Notes: a model not told the origin generated them from the letters alone. A DNA stretch of 64,000 nt from Candidatus Eiseniibacteriota bacterium (GCA_963833505.1 CAWHYG010000007.1:402996-466995), one strand, 5' to 3'; positions 22,145-32,105 are shown, counted from the stretch's first letter. Made by a program: numbers and translations.

Positions 22145-23917
22145 ATGAGAACCTGGACCGCCCGCCGGCGCGGAAACGCCAGGGTGATTTTCGAGGCTGC
22201 AGCGTGTCTGACGATTCTGGTGCTGGGCTCGGCTCCACGAGCGACCGCAGGAATCCCGTTTCCGACGACACCCGACTGGCAGTCCACTCCGAGCGGCTAC
22301 GTCTCGACCGGATGCGCGTTGCGTGACCTGGACGGAGACGGCTATCCGGATCTCATCGTAGCCAACGGAAACGACATGGCGCGGCAGCCGGTGGTGGTCT
22401 ACCGGAATCAGGGCGGAACGTTTCCGTTGAATCCGACCTGGGTATCCGGCGACGTCGACTACAACGGGCACCTGGATCTGGCCGACGTGGACGGCGACGG
22501 CAAGCTCGACCTGGCGGTCGCTGTGTATCTCGGCGCGAGCGGGTTCTCGACGCCGGGACACGTGAAGATCTACCGCGGGAACGGAGACGGGACGTTCAGC
22601 TCTCTGCCCGTCTGGGTTTCCGCGGATTCGTTCTACTGTTTCTCGGTCGCCTTCGGCGACCTCAACATGGACGGACTCCCGGATCTGGCCTGCACGGCGG
22701 GGGAGTCCTACAACCGGTTCCAGGAGCACCTGCGAGCCTACCGGAACGCGGGCGGTGCGCTGGAGACCACGCCGTACTGGCAGTCGGCGGACACCCGCTA
22801 CGCGCTCGACGTCACCTGGGGCGACGTGAACGGCGATGGACTTCTGGACGTCGCCTACGCCTGTGAAAGCAACCCGACCTCGCAGGATCCGACGACCTAT
22901 CCATCCGAGGTCTATCTCGGCACCGGAACGAATCTGGCGATCACGCCCGCCTGGAGAAGCCAGGACGGGCATGACTATTCGAACACCGTGTCGTTCGGCG
23001 ACCTGAACGGCGACGGATGGCTCGACCTGGCCGTGGCCGACAACAATCAGCTGCACGCCGGGGCCGACTACGGACGGATCAAGGTCTTCCTCAACGACGG
23101 GCACGGGCATCTCGGCGGCCTGCCCGCCTGGACCTCGGCGTGGTCGGGCTACGGCTCGAACGTCTCCTGGGCGGACGTCGATGCGGATGGAGACCTCGAC
23201 CTGATCGCCGGCCAGTGGTGGGGGCCGGTCATGATCTTCCAGAACCAGGGCGGAACGCTGCCCTCCAACGCGACCTGGCAGTCTTCCACCGGAAGCGTCG
23301 TCGAGAACATCGTCTGGGACGACATCAACGAGGACGGTCAGGCCGGCCCGGCGACCCAGCATTTCGCCGGAAACGGCTCGAGGAAGCTGTTCGTGCTGGC
23401 CCGGCGCCCGGCGCGGGTCACCGGCGTGTGGATCGACGGCGTACAACTGCCCCCCTCGCACTACCTGGTCAATCCGGAGCAGGGCTGGCTGGTGCTGTCC
23501 GCGGCGCCCGCCTCCGGCAGCGCGGTGACGGTGACCTATGGCTACTCGATCAGTCTCGACTTCGCGGTCAGCAACTGGGACGACACCATCGGAAACTACG
23601 TCTTCTACAACCGGCTCGATCCCACGGGCGCTCCGGCGCCTGCCGGGGCGAGTCCCTTCGCGCTCAGAGTCTCTCCGAATCCGGTCCGTTCTGACTGCCG
23701 GATCCTGCTTCCGGGCTCGCCGGCCGGAGAGTCGCGACTGGAGATCTTCGATGCCGCTGGCTCGCTGGTTCGCGCCTGCCGGTTGCCGGCCGGCGCCTCG
23801 TCCTTTGCCTGGAACGGAGCCGACGACCGGGGAGCGCCGGTCGCCGCCGGATGCTACTGGGTGCGGCTGGATCGAAACGGAACGGCCGGCAGCGCGCGCG
23901 TGACCGTGGTGCGCTGA
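22145..23917 (+). CDS. FG-GAP/VCBS repeat protein with a T9SS-type C-terminal sorting domain
   Basis: The signal peptide is MRTWTARRRGNARVIFEAAACLTILVLGSAPRATA. Repeated DxDGDGxxDL motifs follow. The C-terminus RLEIFDAAGSLVRAC...FAWNGADDRGAPVAAGCYWVRLDRNGTAGSARVTVVR matches the sorting domain. Confidence 0.85.
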   Translation: MRTWTARRRGNARVIFEAAACLTILVLGSAPRATAGIPFPTTPDWQSTPSGYVSTGCALRDLDGDGYPDLIVANGNDMARQPVVVYRNQGGTFPLNPTWVSGDVDYNGHLDLADVDGDGKLDLAVAVYLGASGFSTPGHVKIYRGNGDGTFSSLPVWVSADSFYCFSVAFGDLNMDGLPDLACTAGESYNRFQEHLRAYRNAGGALETTPYWQSADTRYALDVTWGDVNGDGLLDVAYACESNPTSQDPTTYPSEVYLGTGTNLAITPAWRSQDGHDYSNTVSFGDLNGDGWLDLAVADNNQLHAGADYGRIKVFLNDGHGHLGGLPAWTSAWSGYGSNVSWADVDADGDLDLIAGQWWGPVMIFQNQGGTLPSNATWQSSTGSVVENIVWDDINEDGQAGPATQHFAGNGSRKLFVLARRPARVTGVWIDGVQLPPSHYLVNPEQGWLVLSAAPASGSAVTVTYGYSISLDFAVSNWDDTIGNYVFYNRLDPTGAPAPAGASPFALRVSPNPVRSDCRILLPGSPAGESRLEIFDAAGSLVRACRLPAGASSFAWNGADDRGAPVAAGCYWVRLDRNGTAGSARVTVVR

Positions 23918-23948
23918 TCGGGTGGATGAACGCCCGGGGAGGGTTCGC

Positions 23949-25772
23949 ATGAATCATCCAGGGGACGGCGAGGGCGGCAAGCCCGCGCCTCAAGCGGTTC
24001 GCGCCGGGGACATCCGGCAACCGGAGGATCCGGCCGGTCCCGATGCGGGGGGACGGCTCGGTCATGAAGGTTCCGGCTCCGCCAATCGTCGTGGCGAGGC
24101 TCCGGCATCGGGTCGATCCGGGATTTCGCCGCTCGAGCGCCGGCTCCTCACGCAGATCCAGTCCGCGTCCGGCGAGGAGATGGGCTCTTTACGCCGCGAA
24201 GTGGAAGGTCTGCAGCGGCTCCTCAACGTCTCCCGGGATCTCTCCTCGATCCTGGATCATGACCGGTTGCTCGAAGCGATCCTCGACTCCGCGATCTTCC
24301 TGACCTCGGCGGAACGGGGGTTGCTGCTGGGGGCGGAAGAAGGCCGCCTCCGCGTCATCCTCGGCCGGGGCGCCCAGGGCCAGTCGCTGGATCCGGCGGC
24401 TCTCCGAATCTCCGAGACACTTGCCCGGCAGTGCGTGGACGAGAATCGGGTGATCCCGCTGGACAACATCGCGACTCTTCCGGAGCTGCGGGACGTTCGC
24501 TCGATCAAGGCGTTGGACCTGTACGCGGCCTGCTGCGTGCCTCTCCGCGAGCGAGGAGGCGCCACCGGCGTCCTCTACGTCGACAGCTCCGTGCCCGGGC
24601 TCCGGACTTCCCCGCGCGAGATCCGTCTTCTCGAGGCTTTTGCGGCCCAGGCATCCGTTTCCCTGTTGAACGCGCGCCTCCTTCGGAACCTGGAGGATTC
24701 GCGGGTGCTCCTGACCCGCGAGAACCTGGAGCTGCGCGCCGGGGCGCGCTCCGGAGCGGGGTTCGGGGTCATCCTGGGGCGAAGCCCGGCCATGCTGGCC
24801 CTCTTCGACAAGATCCGCCTGCTCAAGGACTCGGACATCCCGGTGCTCGTGCTGGGGGAGAGCGGGACGGGCAAGGAACTGGTGGCCAAGGCGCTCCACT
24901 ACGAGGGCCTGCGGCAGAGCGGGCCGTTCGTTCCGGTCAACTGCGCGGGTTTTCCCGGGGACATGCTGGAAGGATTGATGTTCGGCCATCGGCGCGGGGC
25001 ATTCACGGGGGCCTACGACAACATGCCGGGGCTGGTCGAGCAAGCGGAGGGGGGCACGCTTTTCCTCGATGAGATCGGGGACATGCCGCTGACGCTTCAG
25101 GTGAAGCTGCTCCGATTCCTGGAGAGCGGGGAATTCCGCCGGCTGGGAGAGAACGAAACGCGCCGGGTCAAGGTGCGGGTGATCTCGGCCACCAACCGGG
25201 AGCCGCTGGCGCTGATCCGGGAGAAGCTGTTCCGCGAGGACCTCTATTTCCGTCTGGCCGGCGTGCGTCTGGAGCTTCCCCCCCTGCGCACGAGGAAGGA
25301 AGATCTCCTCCTCCTGATCCAGCATTTCTTCGATCAGGCGCGGCAGCAATCAACGCGGCAGATCACCGGGATGACGGAACGGGCTCGCACCTTCCTGCTT
25401 CGACACGCCTGGCCGGGAAACGTCCGCCAGCTTCGGAACGCGATCGAGGGGGCCTGCGCGCTCGTGCCTGACGGAGCCGCTGTCGATGAGCTTGAGCTTC
25501 GGATGCAGCTTCCGGAGGAGGGGCCTCCCCAAAGGGACCTGGGGCCGGGAGAGTCGCTCCTGGACGCCCTCGTCCGCATCGAGAAGAACGCCATTGAATC
25601 CGCGCTGGAAAACGCCGACGGCAACATCGCCCAGGCGGCGCGAGACCTGAGGATCTCCCGACAGACGCTCCACAACCGGATCCGGTACTTCAAGCTCCAG
25701 GGTTTCCCGCGCCATCGGTACCGGCGCACTCCTGCGGATGATCCTGCGACTGATATACAGTCCAATATGTAA
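23949..25772 (+). CDS. sigma-54-dependent transcriptional activator (bacterial enhancer-binding protein) with an N-terminal GAF domain and a C-terminal Fis-type HTH
   Basis: AAA+ motifs GESGTGKE and GAFTGA and the ESGEFRRLG region are present. The ATG at 23949 follows GGGGAGGG. Confidence 0.9.
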   Translation: MNHPGDGEGGKPAPQAVRAGDIRQPEDPAGPDAGGRLGHEGSGSANRRGEAPASGRSGISPLERRLLTQIQSASGEEMGSLRREVEGLQRLLNVSRDLSSILDHDRLLEAILDSAIFLTSAERGLLLGAEEGRLRVILGRGAQGQSLDPAALRISETLARQCVDENRVIPLDNIATLPELRDVRSIKALDLYAACCVPLRERGGATGVLYVDSSVPGLRTSPREIRLLEAFAAQASVSLLNARLLRNLEDSRVLLTRENLELRAGARSGAGFGVILGRSPAMLALFDKIRLLKDSDIPVLVLGESGTGKELVAKALHYEGLRQSGPFVPVNCAGFPGDMLEGLMFGHRRGAFTGAYDNMPGLVEQAEGGTLFLDEIGDMPLTLQVKLLRFLESGEFRRLGENETRRVKVRVISATNREPLALIREKLFREDLYFRLAGVRLELPPLRTRKEDLLLLIQHFFDQARQQSTRQITGMTERARTFLLRHAWPGNVRQLRNAIEGACALVPDGAAVDELELRMQLPEEGPPQRDLGPGESLLDALVRIEKNAIESALENADGNIAQAARDLRISRQTLHNRIRYFKLQGFPRHRYRRTPADDPATDIQSNM

Positions 25773-25787
25773 AAAGTATGTAGATCG

Positions 25788-25816
25788 TTTACACTGCATT
25801 TATCCCCATTTATGAC
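25788..25816 (+). promoter_or_regulatory. sigma70-like promoter TTTACA-N17-TATGAC in an AT-rich patch immediately after the activator stop codon
   Basis: TTTACA is at 25788-25793 and TATGAC at 25811-25816. The -10 element overlaps a TGACACCACG/CGCGGTGTCA palindrome. Confidence 0.4.
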
Positions 25817-25850
25817 ACCACGTTACGCGCGTGCAACGGCCGCGGTGTCA
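25813..25850. promoter_or_regulatory. operator-like palindrome TGACACCACG-N18-CGCGGTGTCA overlapping the -10/+1 region, flanked by direct repeats CGTTTACAC at 25786 and 25856
   Basis: The arms match 9 of 10 positions and share the TGACACC core with the 22.0 kb promoter region. Confidence 0.45.
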
Positions 25851-26317
25851 AAAACCGTTTACACTTCCCCCGGGCAGCTTCCCTGACGTCATGACCTGGA
25901 AGGACGCGCCACCAGGACTGAGCTCAAAGTCCAGCAGTTGGTTATGAGCCTTGTGAGCGAACGCGGCTTTCCCTCCTCGCCTGGCATGCCGGTTGACAGA
26001 TCCCATCCGACTCGGTCGTGCGGCTCCAGCCAGGGACGGGAGCTACCACACGGAACCTCCGTTGCCCGTTCCTGGCACGGCGACGCGCTCTGGCTGCGGT
26101 CAGAATGCGTGGATGTCTTCGGTGCCGGCGAAGTCCTTGGGCCCACCTGGATTTCGCGGGATCCGGAGCGCCTTCCGAACCCTCCGGTGAGCCCGGGGGG
26201 TTCGGCCATGTCCGAGCGCGGGCGCACGATAGGCTGAATTTCGGGGGTCGCGGAGACGTGATCCTGGTTGGCGGGAATCGGATGAGTCCAAGGACCTGAC
26301 GGCCCCCTGGACTGAGG

Positions 26318-29300
26318 TTGGTGCTCCAGCCCTCGGGGGGACGAGTGACGGATTCGCGGTCGAAACGTCGGTCGCGTCGCAAGTCGGAGATCCCGGTTTC
26401 AGGACCGGGAGGCTCAGACGTTGCGCTGCCTTCCGGTTACCAGCTACTGACCTCCCTTTCCCGGCACGGGAACCGATGGGTGGTTCGCGCCACCGGACCG
26501 CGCGGGCGTCCGGTCGTCCTCAAGTGCCTTCTTCCGCCCTGCGAGGCCGACGACGCGAACGCTTTTCGCAATGAGTTCCTGCTCCTCAACGCGCTGGCCC
26601 ATCCGTACTGGGTGCGGCCTCGTCGTTTTCTTGGCCTTCCCTCCGGAGGTTGGGCGATCGAGCTGGAGCGCGCCTCGGGCGTTCCCCTGGGAGAGTTCGC
26701 GCTCCGCGGATGGTGGCCGGAGACATGCGAGGTGGCTCGCCGGATTCTCTCCGGGCTGGAGGCTCTCCATCACTTGGGAGTCGCCCAGCTTGATTTGAAG
26801 CCGGACCAGGTCCTCGTTCGGTGGGACGGGAAGTCCTCCCGAGGATGGTCCGATCACGAGGCGGCGCACGAAACCGAGGACCGTCCCTTGGAAGTGCGCT
26901 TGCTGGACCTCGGGCTGGCCGCGCCCTTCGGTTCTCCTATGCGCGGGCGCGGCACGCCCGGGTTCATGGCTCCGGAGATCCTGCGGGGGCTTCCCGGATG
27001 GGACGCCCGGGCGGATCTCTATGCTCTCGGAGCCGTGCTCTTCGAGCTCTTCACCGGGGCGCCGGCCTTTCCGGGGGAGAGCGGACGGGGGATCCTCGAG
27101 GCGCAGCTTCGCGGAGACATCCCCGATCCGGATCGGGCGGCGGAGCTGCCGCGCCCGGTGCGGGCGCTTTTGATGGAGCTGCTCTCTCCGGACCCGGCGG
27201 AGCGGCCCACCGGCGTTCTCGACGTCTGGCAGCGCCTGAGAGAGCAGGCGCCTTCAGAGCGAATCGCAGGTCTTCCCGCGCTCCTCACCGGGAGTCCGGC
27301 CTTCACCTTTGGCGGCCGGCTCGACGAGGTGCAGCGTTTCCGTCTCCGGTTGTCCGCCTCGGCTCCGGGGTCCGTCGAGATCTGGCGGATCCAGGGAGAG
27401 GTGGGAATCGGGAAACACCGCCTGGCGGCGCGCCTTGCCGCGATCGCCCAGACCGCCGGATGGATGGTAACCGAGGACCAGGGCCCGCCCGAACCGCAGT
27501 CCGATGTTCCGGACCACGAGCCCCGGATCGACGTCTTCGAGCTGTCGTTGCCGGCGGAGTCAACGCGCGCGGCGCCGCCGAACGAACCTGCCGGCCCCTC
27601 CGGCGTTGCTCAACGCCGGCTAATGATCCAATGCGGCCAGACCGCCGCCGGCGAAGACATGGGCGCCGGCAGCGGAGCCGAGCTTCGTGCGGGCGCGAGA
27701 CCTCCGGATTCCGCGGCCGCGGGAACGCCGTTGTCCGCGCCCGCCACCCTTGTCCACGACCTGATGCTGGCTCCGATGTCCCGCGACACACTCGTGCGAA
27801 TGATCCAGACCCGCGGCGTGGAATCCATCGCGCTGCGGCAGGCGCTCGCGGAAAACGCCCTGGGAAACCCGGGGCTGCTGGAGTCGCTGGCCAAGCGGCT
27901 TCCCCGCGAGCTCGACCTGGCAGCCCGTTACGCGGAACACGAAGCAATCGAGGAGCACTTCCGGGAAGCGACGGTTCCTTCATTCTGGAGCCAGTGGGCG
28001 CAGTCGAGATTGAGCGCTCTTGCTCCCGTGACCCGGAAGCTCCTCGTGTTGCTGGCGCTGGCGGACGATGCGTTCCCCCTCGAGAGGCTCGAGTCCCTGG
28101 CTGGCGTGGCCCCTGGGGAGGCGCGCCGGGCACTGGGAGCCCCGCTCGACCGCGGCCTTCTCGTCGATCGCGGATCCGGGTTGGGATTCCTCTCCGACCT
28201 GTGGAGGCGCGCGGTCCTCGAGGCCGCCGGGGATGAGGCCGTCGAGCTGGGCCATCAGTACCTGCAGGACCCGCATAACGGATCCTCGGCAGTGTCCCGG
28301 TGCGAGCTTGCCCTGAGGCTCCGGGATGAGTCCATCCTCCGCCGCGAGCTTCTGGGCGCGCTGCGGGAGCTCCACGACTCGGGGCGGTACGAAGAAGAGT
28401 TCGGGCTTTTCTGCCGAGCCGCGGGCAGCCTTCACGCGGAACCATCGCCGTTGGGTCCGTCGTGCCTCGGTGAACCGGACACCCGGCGGGTGCTCTCCAT
28501 CTTCCTCTCGCTCGGGGGCAGGTTCGGAAGTCTCCTGCCCGACCGCATCGAGGACATGGTCAGAACAGCGGGAAGCTACCCGGCGGCGCGCATGCTGCTG
28601 GCCTGGATGGCCATGGGCCGGAACGACTACTCGCGAGCCTTGTCTTGGCTTGAGTTCGACCCGAGCGATCCGACCGATCGGTTTCTTCAGGGCTGGCTGC
28701 GCTTCCGCGTTCGAGCGCGTACCGGGCTGCTGGATGAAGCCTCGACGGAGATTGATCGCCTGCGCGCTCTCGACCTGCGCTCGCCGGAATCGGCCGATCT
28801 CTGGCTGCGCTGGGGGGAGGCGAGCGTGTTGCTCAGCCGCCTCCGCTTCGACGAGGCCGAACGCGTCCTGGAAGGCGTGCGGGATCGGATCGAAACGCTT
28901 CCGCCGGGAGAGCGGGCAAGCTTCCTGCAGATCAGCGCCGTCCTGGCCATGAGAATGGGCGATCGAGCCCGGCTCGAAACGGATTCGATCCGCACCGAGG
29001 AGCTGCTCCGAACCTACGGTTTCCGGCAGACCCGCCTGATCTCGCTCGGCCTGCTGGCGACTCTGGCCAACGCGCGCGGAGAGCTGACCACGGCGCAGAC
29101 CTGGATCGAGGACGTCCTGCGAAGCTGGGTGGCGCTCGGGAAATTCGAGGAGGCGACGACCGCCATCGTCAACCTCTCGTCGATCCTGCTCGAACAGGGC
29201 CGCCTGGGCCTGGCGTGGCAGGCGGTCCGGGACGGACGCGCCTTCGCGTCGCGGGCCGGTTCCGAGATGGCGCTGTTGCGGGTCGACCGGCGCGAGGCCG

Positions 29301-29941
29301 AGGTCCTGGTGCATATCGGGCTGGCTGAGCGCGCTCGGGATCGGGCCACCCGGATCTTGCAGGAATCGGCGCAGAGAGACCCGATCCGGGCCGCCTTCGT
29401 GCGTGCCATCCTGGGTGCGGCGCTCTTCGATCTGGGCGAGCTGCAGCCTGCCCGCGACGGGTTCCGCCGTGCGGCCGATGACTTTCGGGCGTCCGGATCG
29501 CCGGAGGATGCGATCGAAACCCTCTTGACCTGGGGACTGCGCGAGACGATCGCGGGCGACGGCGTGCTGGCGGCCGATCTGGCGCGGGAAGCCATTGCCG
29601 CGGTCGCGGAGATGCCGGTGGCGCTGGCAGGCCTCTTCTCGCTCCTCGACGGAGAGCTGGCTCTGGCGGGAGTTTCGCGCCGGGATCCCCTCGCTCCGCT
29701 GCGCGCCGCCGTGACGACGCTGGAGCGCCAGCACCGCTGGTACCATGCCTGGCGAGCGCGCTGGCGCCTGGCGCAGGCGGAGGTCCAGGCCGGGCTGCTC
29801 CACGAAGCGCTCGGAGACTACGGCGCCGCCCGCACCATGCTCGATTCCGTGCGAAGCTCGATCGACTCCGTGGCGGTGTCCCGGCGCTTCCTGGGCCTCC
29901 CGCCCGTTCGGATGTTTCTCCTGGAAATCGACACGGCCTAG
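26318..29941 (+). CDS. Ser/Thr protein kinase with a STAND/AAA_16 NTPase (Walker A GEVGIGKH) and a long TPR-like C-terminus; a paralog-like second copy of the first kinase
   Basis: Kinase motifs VLKCLLP, LDLKPDQVLV and GTPGFMAPE are present. The protein is about 1207 aa. The start is a non-ATG codon (TTG 26318 or GTG 26321), just after the in-frame stop at 26297. Confidence 0.75.
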   Translation: MVLQPSGGRVTDSRSKRRSRRKSEIPVSGPGGSDVALPSGYQLLTSLSRHGNRWVVRATGPRGRPVVLKCLLPPCEADDANAFRNEFLLLNALAHPYWVRPRRFLGLPSGGWAIELERASGVPLGEFALRGWWPETCEVARRILSGLEALHHLGVAQLDLKPDQVLVRWDGKSSRGWSDHEAAHETEDRPLEVRLLDLGLAAPFGSPMRGRGTPGFMAPEILRGLPGWDARADLYALGAVLFELFTGAPAFPGESGRGILEAQLRGDIPDPDRAAELPRPVRALLMELLSPDPAERPTGVLDVWQRLREQAPSERIAGLPALLTGSPAFTFGGRLDEVQRFRLRLSASAPGSVEIWRIQGEVGIGKHRLAARLAAIAQTAGWMVTEDQGPPEPQSDVPDHEPRIDVFELSLPAESTRAAPPNEPAGPSGVAQRRLMIQCGQTAAGEDMGAGSGAELRAGARPPDSAAAGTPLSAPATLVHDLMLAPMSRDTLVRMIQTRGVESIALRQALAENALGNPGLLESLAKRLPRELDLAARYAEHEAIEEHFREATVPSFWSQWAQSRLSALAPVTRKLLVLLALADDAFPLERLESLAGVAPGEARRALGAPLDRGLLVDRGSGLGFLSDLWRRAVLEAAGDEAVELGHQYLQDPHNGSSAVSRCELALRLRDESILRRELLGALRELHDSGRYEEEFGLFCRAAGSLHAEPSPLGPSCLGEPDTRRVLSIFLSLGGRFGSLLPDRIEDMVRTAGSYPAARMLLAWMAMGRNDYSRALSWLEFDPSDPTDRFLQGWLRFRVRARTGLLDEASTEIDRLRALDLRSPESADLWLRWGEASVLLSRLRFDEAERVLEGVRDRIETLPPGERASFLQISAVLAMRMGDRARLETDSIRTEELLRTYGFRQTRLISLGLLATLANARGELTTAQTWIEDVLRSWVALGKFEEATTAIVNLSSILLEQGRLGLAWQAVRDGRAFASRAGSEMALLRVDRREAEVLVHIGLAERARDRATRILQESAQRDPIRAAFVRAILGAALFDLGELQPARDGFRRAADDFRASGSPEDAIETLLTWGLRETIAGDGVLAADLAREAIAAVAEMPVALAGLFSLLDGELALAGVSRRDPLAPLRAAVTTLERQHRWYHAWRARWRLAQAEVQAGLLHEALGDYGAARTMLDSVRSSIDSVAVSRRFLGLPPVRMFLLEIDTA

Positions 29942-30061
29942 GAGCCTGTTGGGCATAGGCCAACCAGCTTCACGGACTGGCCCATGTGATCCGCAGGACC
30001 CGGGTCTCCTGGGTCGATTGCCCATCCCATGACCATTCGCGGGCCATGCCCAACAGGCTCC
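29941..30061. repeat. perfect 16 bp inverted repeat GGAGCCTGTTGGGCAT / ATGCCCAACAGGCTCC flanking an 89 bp spacer
   Basis: The arms are at 29941-29956 and 30046-30061, seen directly in the sequence. The left arm starts on the stop codon of the second kinase. Confidence 0.6.
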
Positions 30062-30321
30062 TGGCCGGCTGGGCGCTCTCACCCCACGCGGCTGGATCCA
30101 GCCGATGGGTCCGAACTGCCTGCGCCATAAGAAGATGGCCTGCGACAGGCGCCTCAGGGTCCGCCCTTCCCGCGCGCCTTCTCACCCAGTCCGACCTCCG
30201 GCCTGGAGGACCGTGCCGGCTCATCGACGCCCTTCGAGAGAGCGGCCTGGGCCCGTAACCGGATACCGGCGAGTGAATTAGCTGATCCACCAAGGACGCC
30301 TTCGACCCGGCGGCAGCGTCG

Positions 30322-30336
30322 TGGCACGAAGGTTGG
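30322..30336 (+). promoter_or_regulatory. sigma-54-like -24/-12 candidate TGGCACG-N4-TTGG, with an imperfect -12 GG where GC is expected
   Basis: TGGCAC is at 30322-30327 and TTGG at 30333-30336, about 45 nt upstream of the lipoprotein start. A sigma-54 activator gene lies 4.5 kb upstream. Confidence 0.3.
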
Positions 30337-30378
30337 GTACCTGTCCCCGTGCGCCGTCATCAACAGGGGAGGGTCATC

Positions 30379-30855
30379 ATGCTGCGCCATGCCTGTGCCG
30401 TTTCGGTCCTCGCGGTCCTCGTTCTCATCGCCGGTTGTTCCTCCGAATCCGGCAGGATTCTCGGGCCCGCCATGAACGGGGGATCGAGTCTTCCGCACGC
30501 TCTCGGGACGGCCTCCGCCCTCCTTGGACCGGACGGTGGAACCATCACTTGCGGTTCCACACAACTCGTGGTTCCGGCAGGCGCCCTCTCCGACACGGTC
30601 ACCGTCACCATGGTCGCCGGGCAGGACGGCTCCAGCCCGTACTGCACGCTGTCGCCGGCGGGTTTGTCGCTCGGCAGTCAGGCCACGATCACCATTCCGA
30701 GGCCGCTGAAAGCCGGCGCGGACGATGTTTACCACGTCTTCGGGACCGATCCGGCGACCGGCATCCAGAACGATCTCGGCGGAACGGCCTCCGGCGGATT
30801 CACGATTGCTCAGGTCGGCCAATTCCAGAGACTGGACGAGGAACTGATCCAGTAG
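30379..30855 (+). CDS. small lipoprotein (lipobox LIAGC), hypothetical
   Basis: The ATG at 30379 follows GGGGAGGG. The signal is MLRHACAVSVLAVLVLIAGCSS. Confidence 0.6.
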   Translation: MLRHACAVSVLAVLVLIAGCSSESGRILGPAMNGGSSLPHALGTASALLGPDGGTITCGSTQLVVPAGALSDTVTVTMVAGQDGSSPYCTLSPAGLSLGSQATITIPRPLKAGADDVYHVFGTDPATGIQNDLGGTASGGFTIAQVGQFQRLDEELIQ

Positions 30856-30882
30856 CTCCTCCGGTTCGGGTTGCCTCCGCGA

Positions 30883-30920
30883 CCGCCCTCTTCGTCCAGG
30901 GGAGGGCGGTTCTCTTTTGA
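30883..30920 (+). terminator. rho-independent terminator CCGCCCTC...GAGGGCGG followed by TTCTCTTTTG
   Basis: It lies downstream of the lipoprotein stop at 30855. Confidence 0.55.
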
Positions 30921-31025
30921 CTGCTTCGGGCTCCAGGGCCGCGCCGCGGGGGCCGATCCACGAAAGAAGGAGGCCACCGCCCGCGGCGTTCGAGAATCTC
31001 CGCGGCGCGGCCCCGGAGGCTGTTC

Positions 31026-32105
31026 TTGGCTCGTATCGACTCCATTTTCAAAATGGTCCGGCAGCAGGGGGCCTCGGACCTCCACATCTCGACTGGCGCG
31101 CCGCCCATGTTGCGCGTCCAGGGAGACGTCCGCCCGATCGACTATCCGGAGCTGACCGGCGATCAGGCCCGGCAGCTTCTCTATGAGATGATGTCGCCCG
31201 AGCAGCGCCAGAGATTCGAGAAGGACTGGGACATCGACTTCTCCTATGAGGTCAAGGGAGAGGTTCGCGTGCGCTGCAACGTGTTCGAGCAGGTCCACGG
31301 CATCGCCGGAGCCTTCCGCCTGCTTCCATCCCAGGTCTTCACCCTGGACCAGCTCGGCCTCCCGGAGTCGATCCGTCGCTTCGCCGACTTCCGGAAAGGG
31401 CTGGTCGTGGTGACGGGCCCGCCTGGCAGCGGCAAGAGCTCGACCCTGGCGGCCCTCCTCCATCACATCAACGAGACGCAGCACAAGCACATCATCACGA
31501 TCGAGGATCCGGTCGAGTACGTGCACCCGAACCTCGGCTGCCTCGTCAACCAGCGCGAGGTCGGCCGGAGCGCGCGGACCTTCGCCGCGGCCCTGCGCGC
31601 CGCGCTCCGCGAGGATCCGGATATCGTGCTGGTGGGGGAGATGCGCGACCTCGAGACCATGCAGCTTGCGATCACCGCGGCCGAAACCGGGCAGCTCGTC
31701 CTCGGCACGCTCCACACCGCCAGCGCCGCGCAGACCGTCGACCGGATCATCGACGCCTTTCCGGACGAGAAGCAGGCGCAGATCCGGACGATGCTGGCCG
31801 AATCCCTTCGCGGCGTGATCGCGCAGCGCCTGGTGCGAAGAGCGGACGGGAGCGGCCGGGTCGCCGCCCTCGAGATCCTCTTCAGCACGATGGCCGTCTG
31901 TTCGATGATCCGCGAGAAGAAGACGTTCCAGATTCCGACCTTGATGCAGACCGGCCGGAAGGACGGAATGGTCCTGCTGGACAACGTGCTCGCGCAGTAT
32001 CTCGCCGCCGGGTTGATCACGCCGCTCGAGGCCTATCTCACCGCCAACATCAAGGAGACCTTCGCGCCCGCCCTGGAGCGGGCCAGGCAGGCGGAGGCGG
32101 CGTGA
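31026..32105 (+). CDS. pilT: type IV pilus retraction ATPase PilT
   Basis: There is a near full-length match to the PilT pattern (ASDLHISTGAPPMLRVQGD, GPPGSGKSSTLAAL, GEMRDLETM). A TTG start at 31026 gives MARIDSIF, which aligns with the PilT N-terminus, and GGAGG lies 8 nt upstream. Confidence 0.9.
   Translation: MARIDSIFKMVRQQGASDLHISTGAPPMLRVQGDVRPIDYPELTGDQARQLLYEMMSPEQRQRFEKDWDIDFSYEVKGEVRVRCNVFEQVHGIAGAFRLLPSQVFTLDQLGLPESIRRFADFRKGLVVVTGPPGSGKSSTLAALLHHINETQHKHIITIEDPVEYVHPNLGCLVNQREVGRSARTFAAALRAALREDPDIVLVGEMRDLETMQLAITAAETGQLVLGTLHTASAAQTVDRIIDAFPDEKQAQIRTMLAESLRGVIAQRLVRRADGSGRVAALEILFSTMAVCSMIREKKTFQIPTLMQTGRKDGMVLLDNVLAQYLAAGLITPLEAYLTANIKETFAPALERARQAEAA

Noticed and set aside
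21026-23950. Minus-strand ORF of 974 aa
   Set aside because: It is antisense to the GT4 and FG-GAP genes and Arg/Pro-rich with no domain signatures.
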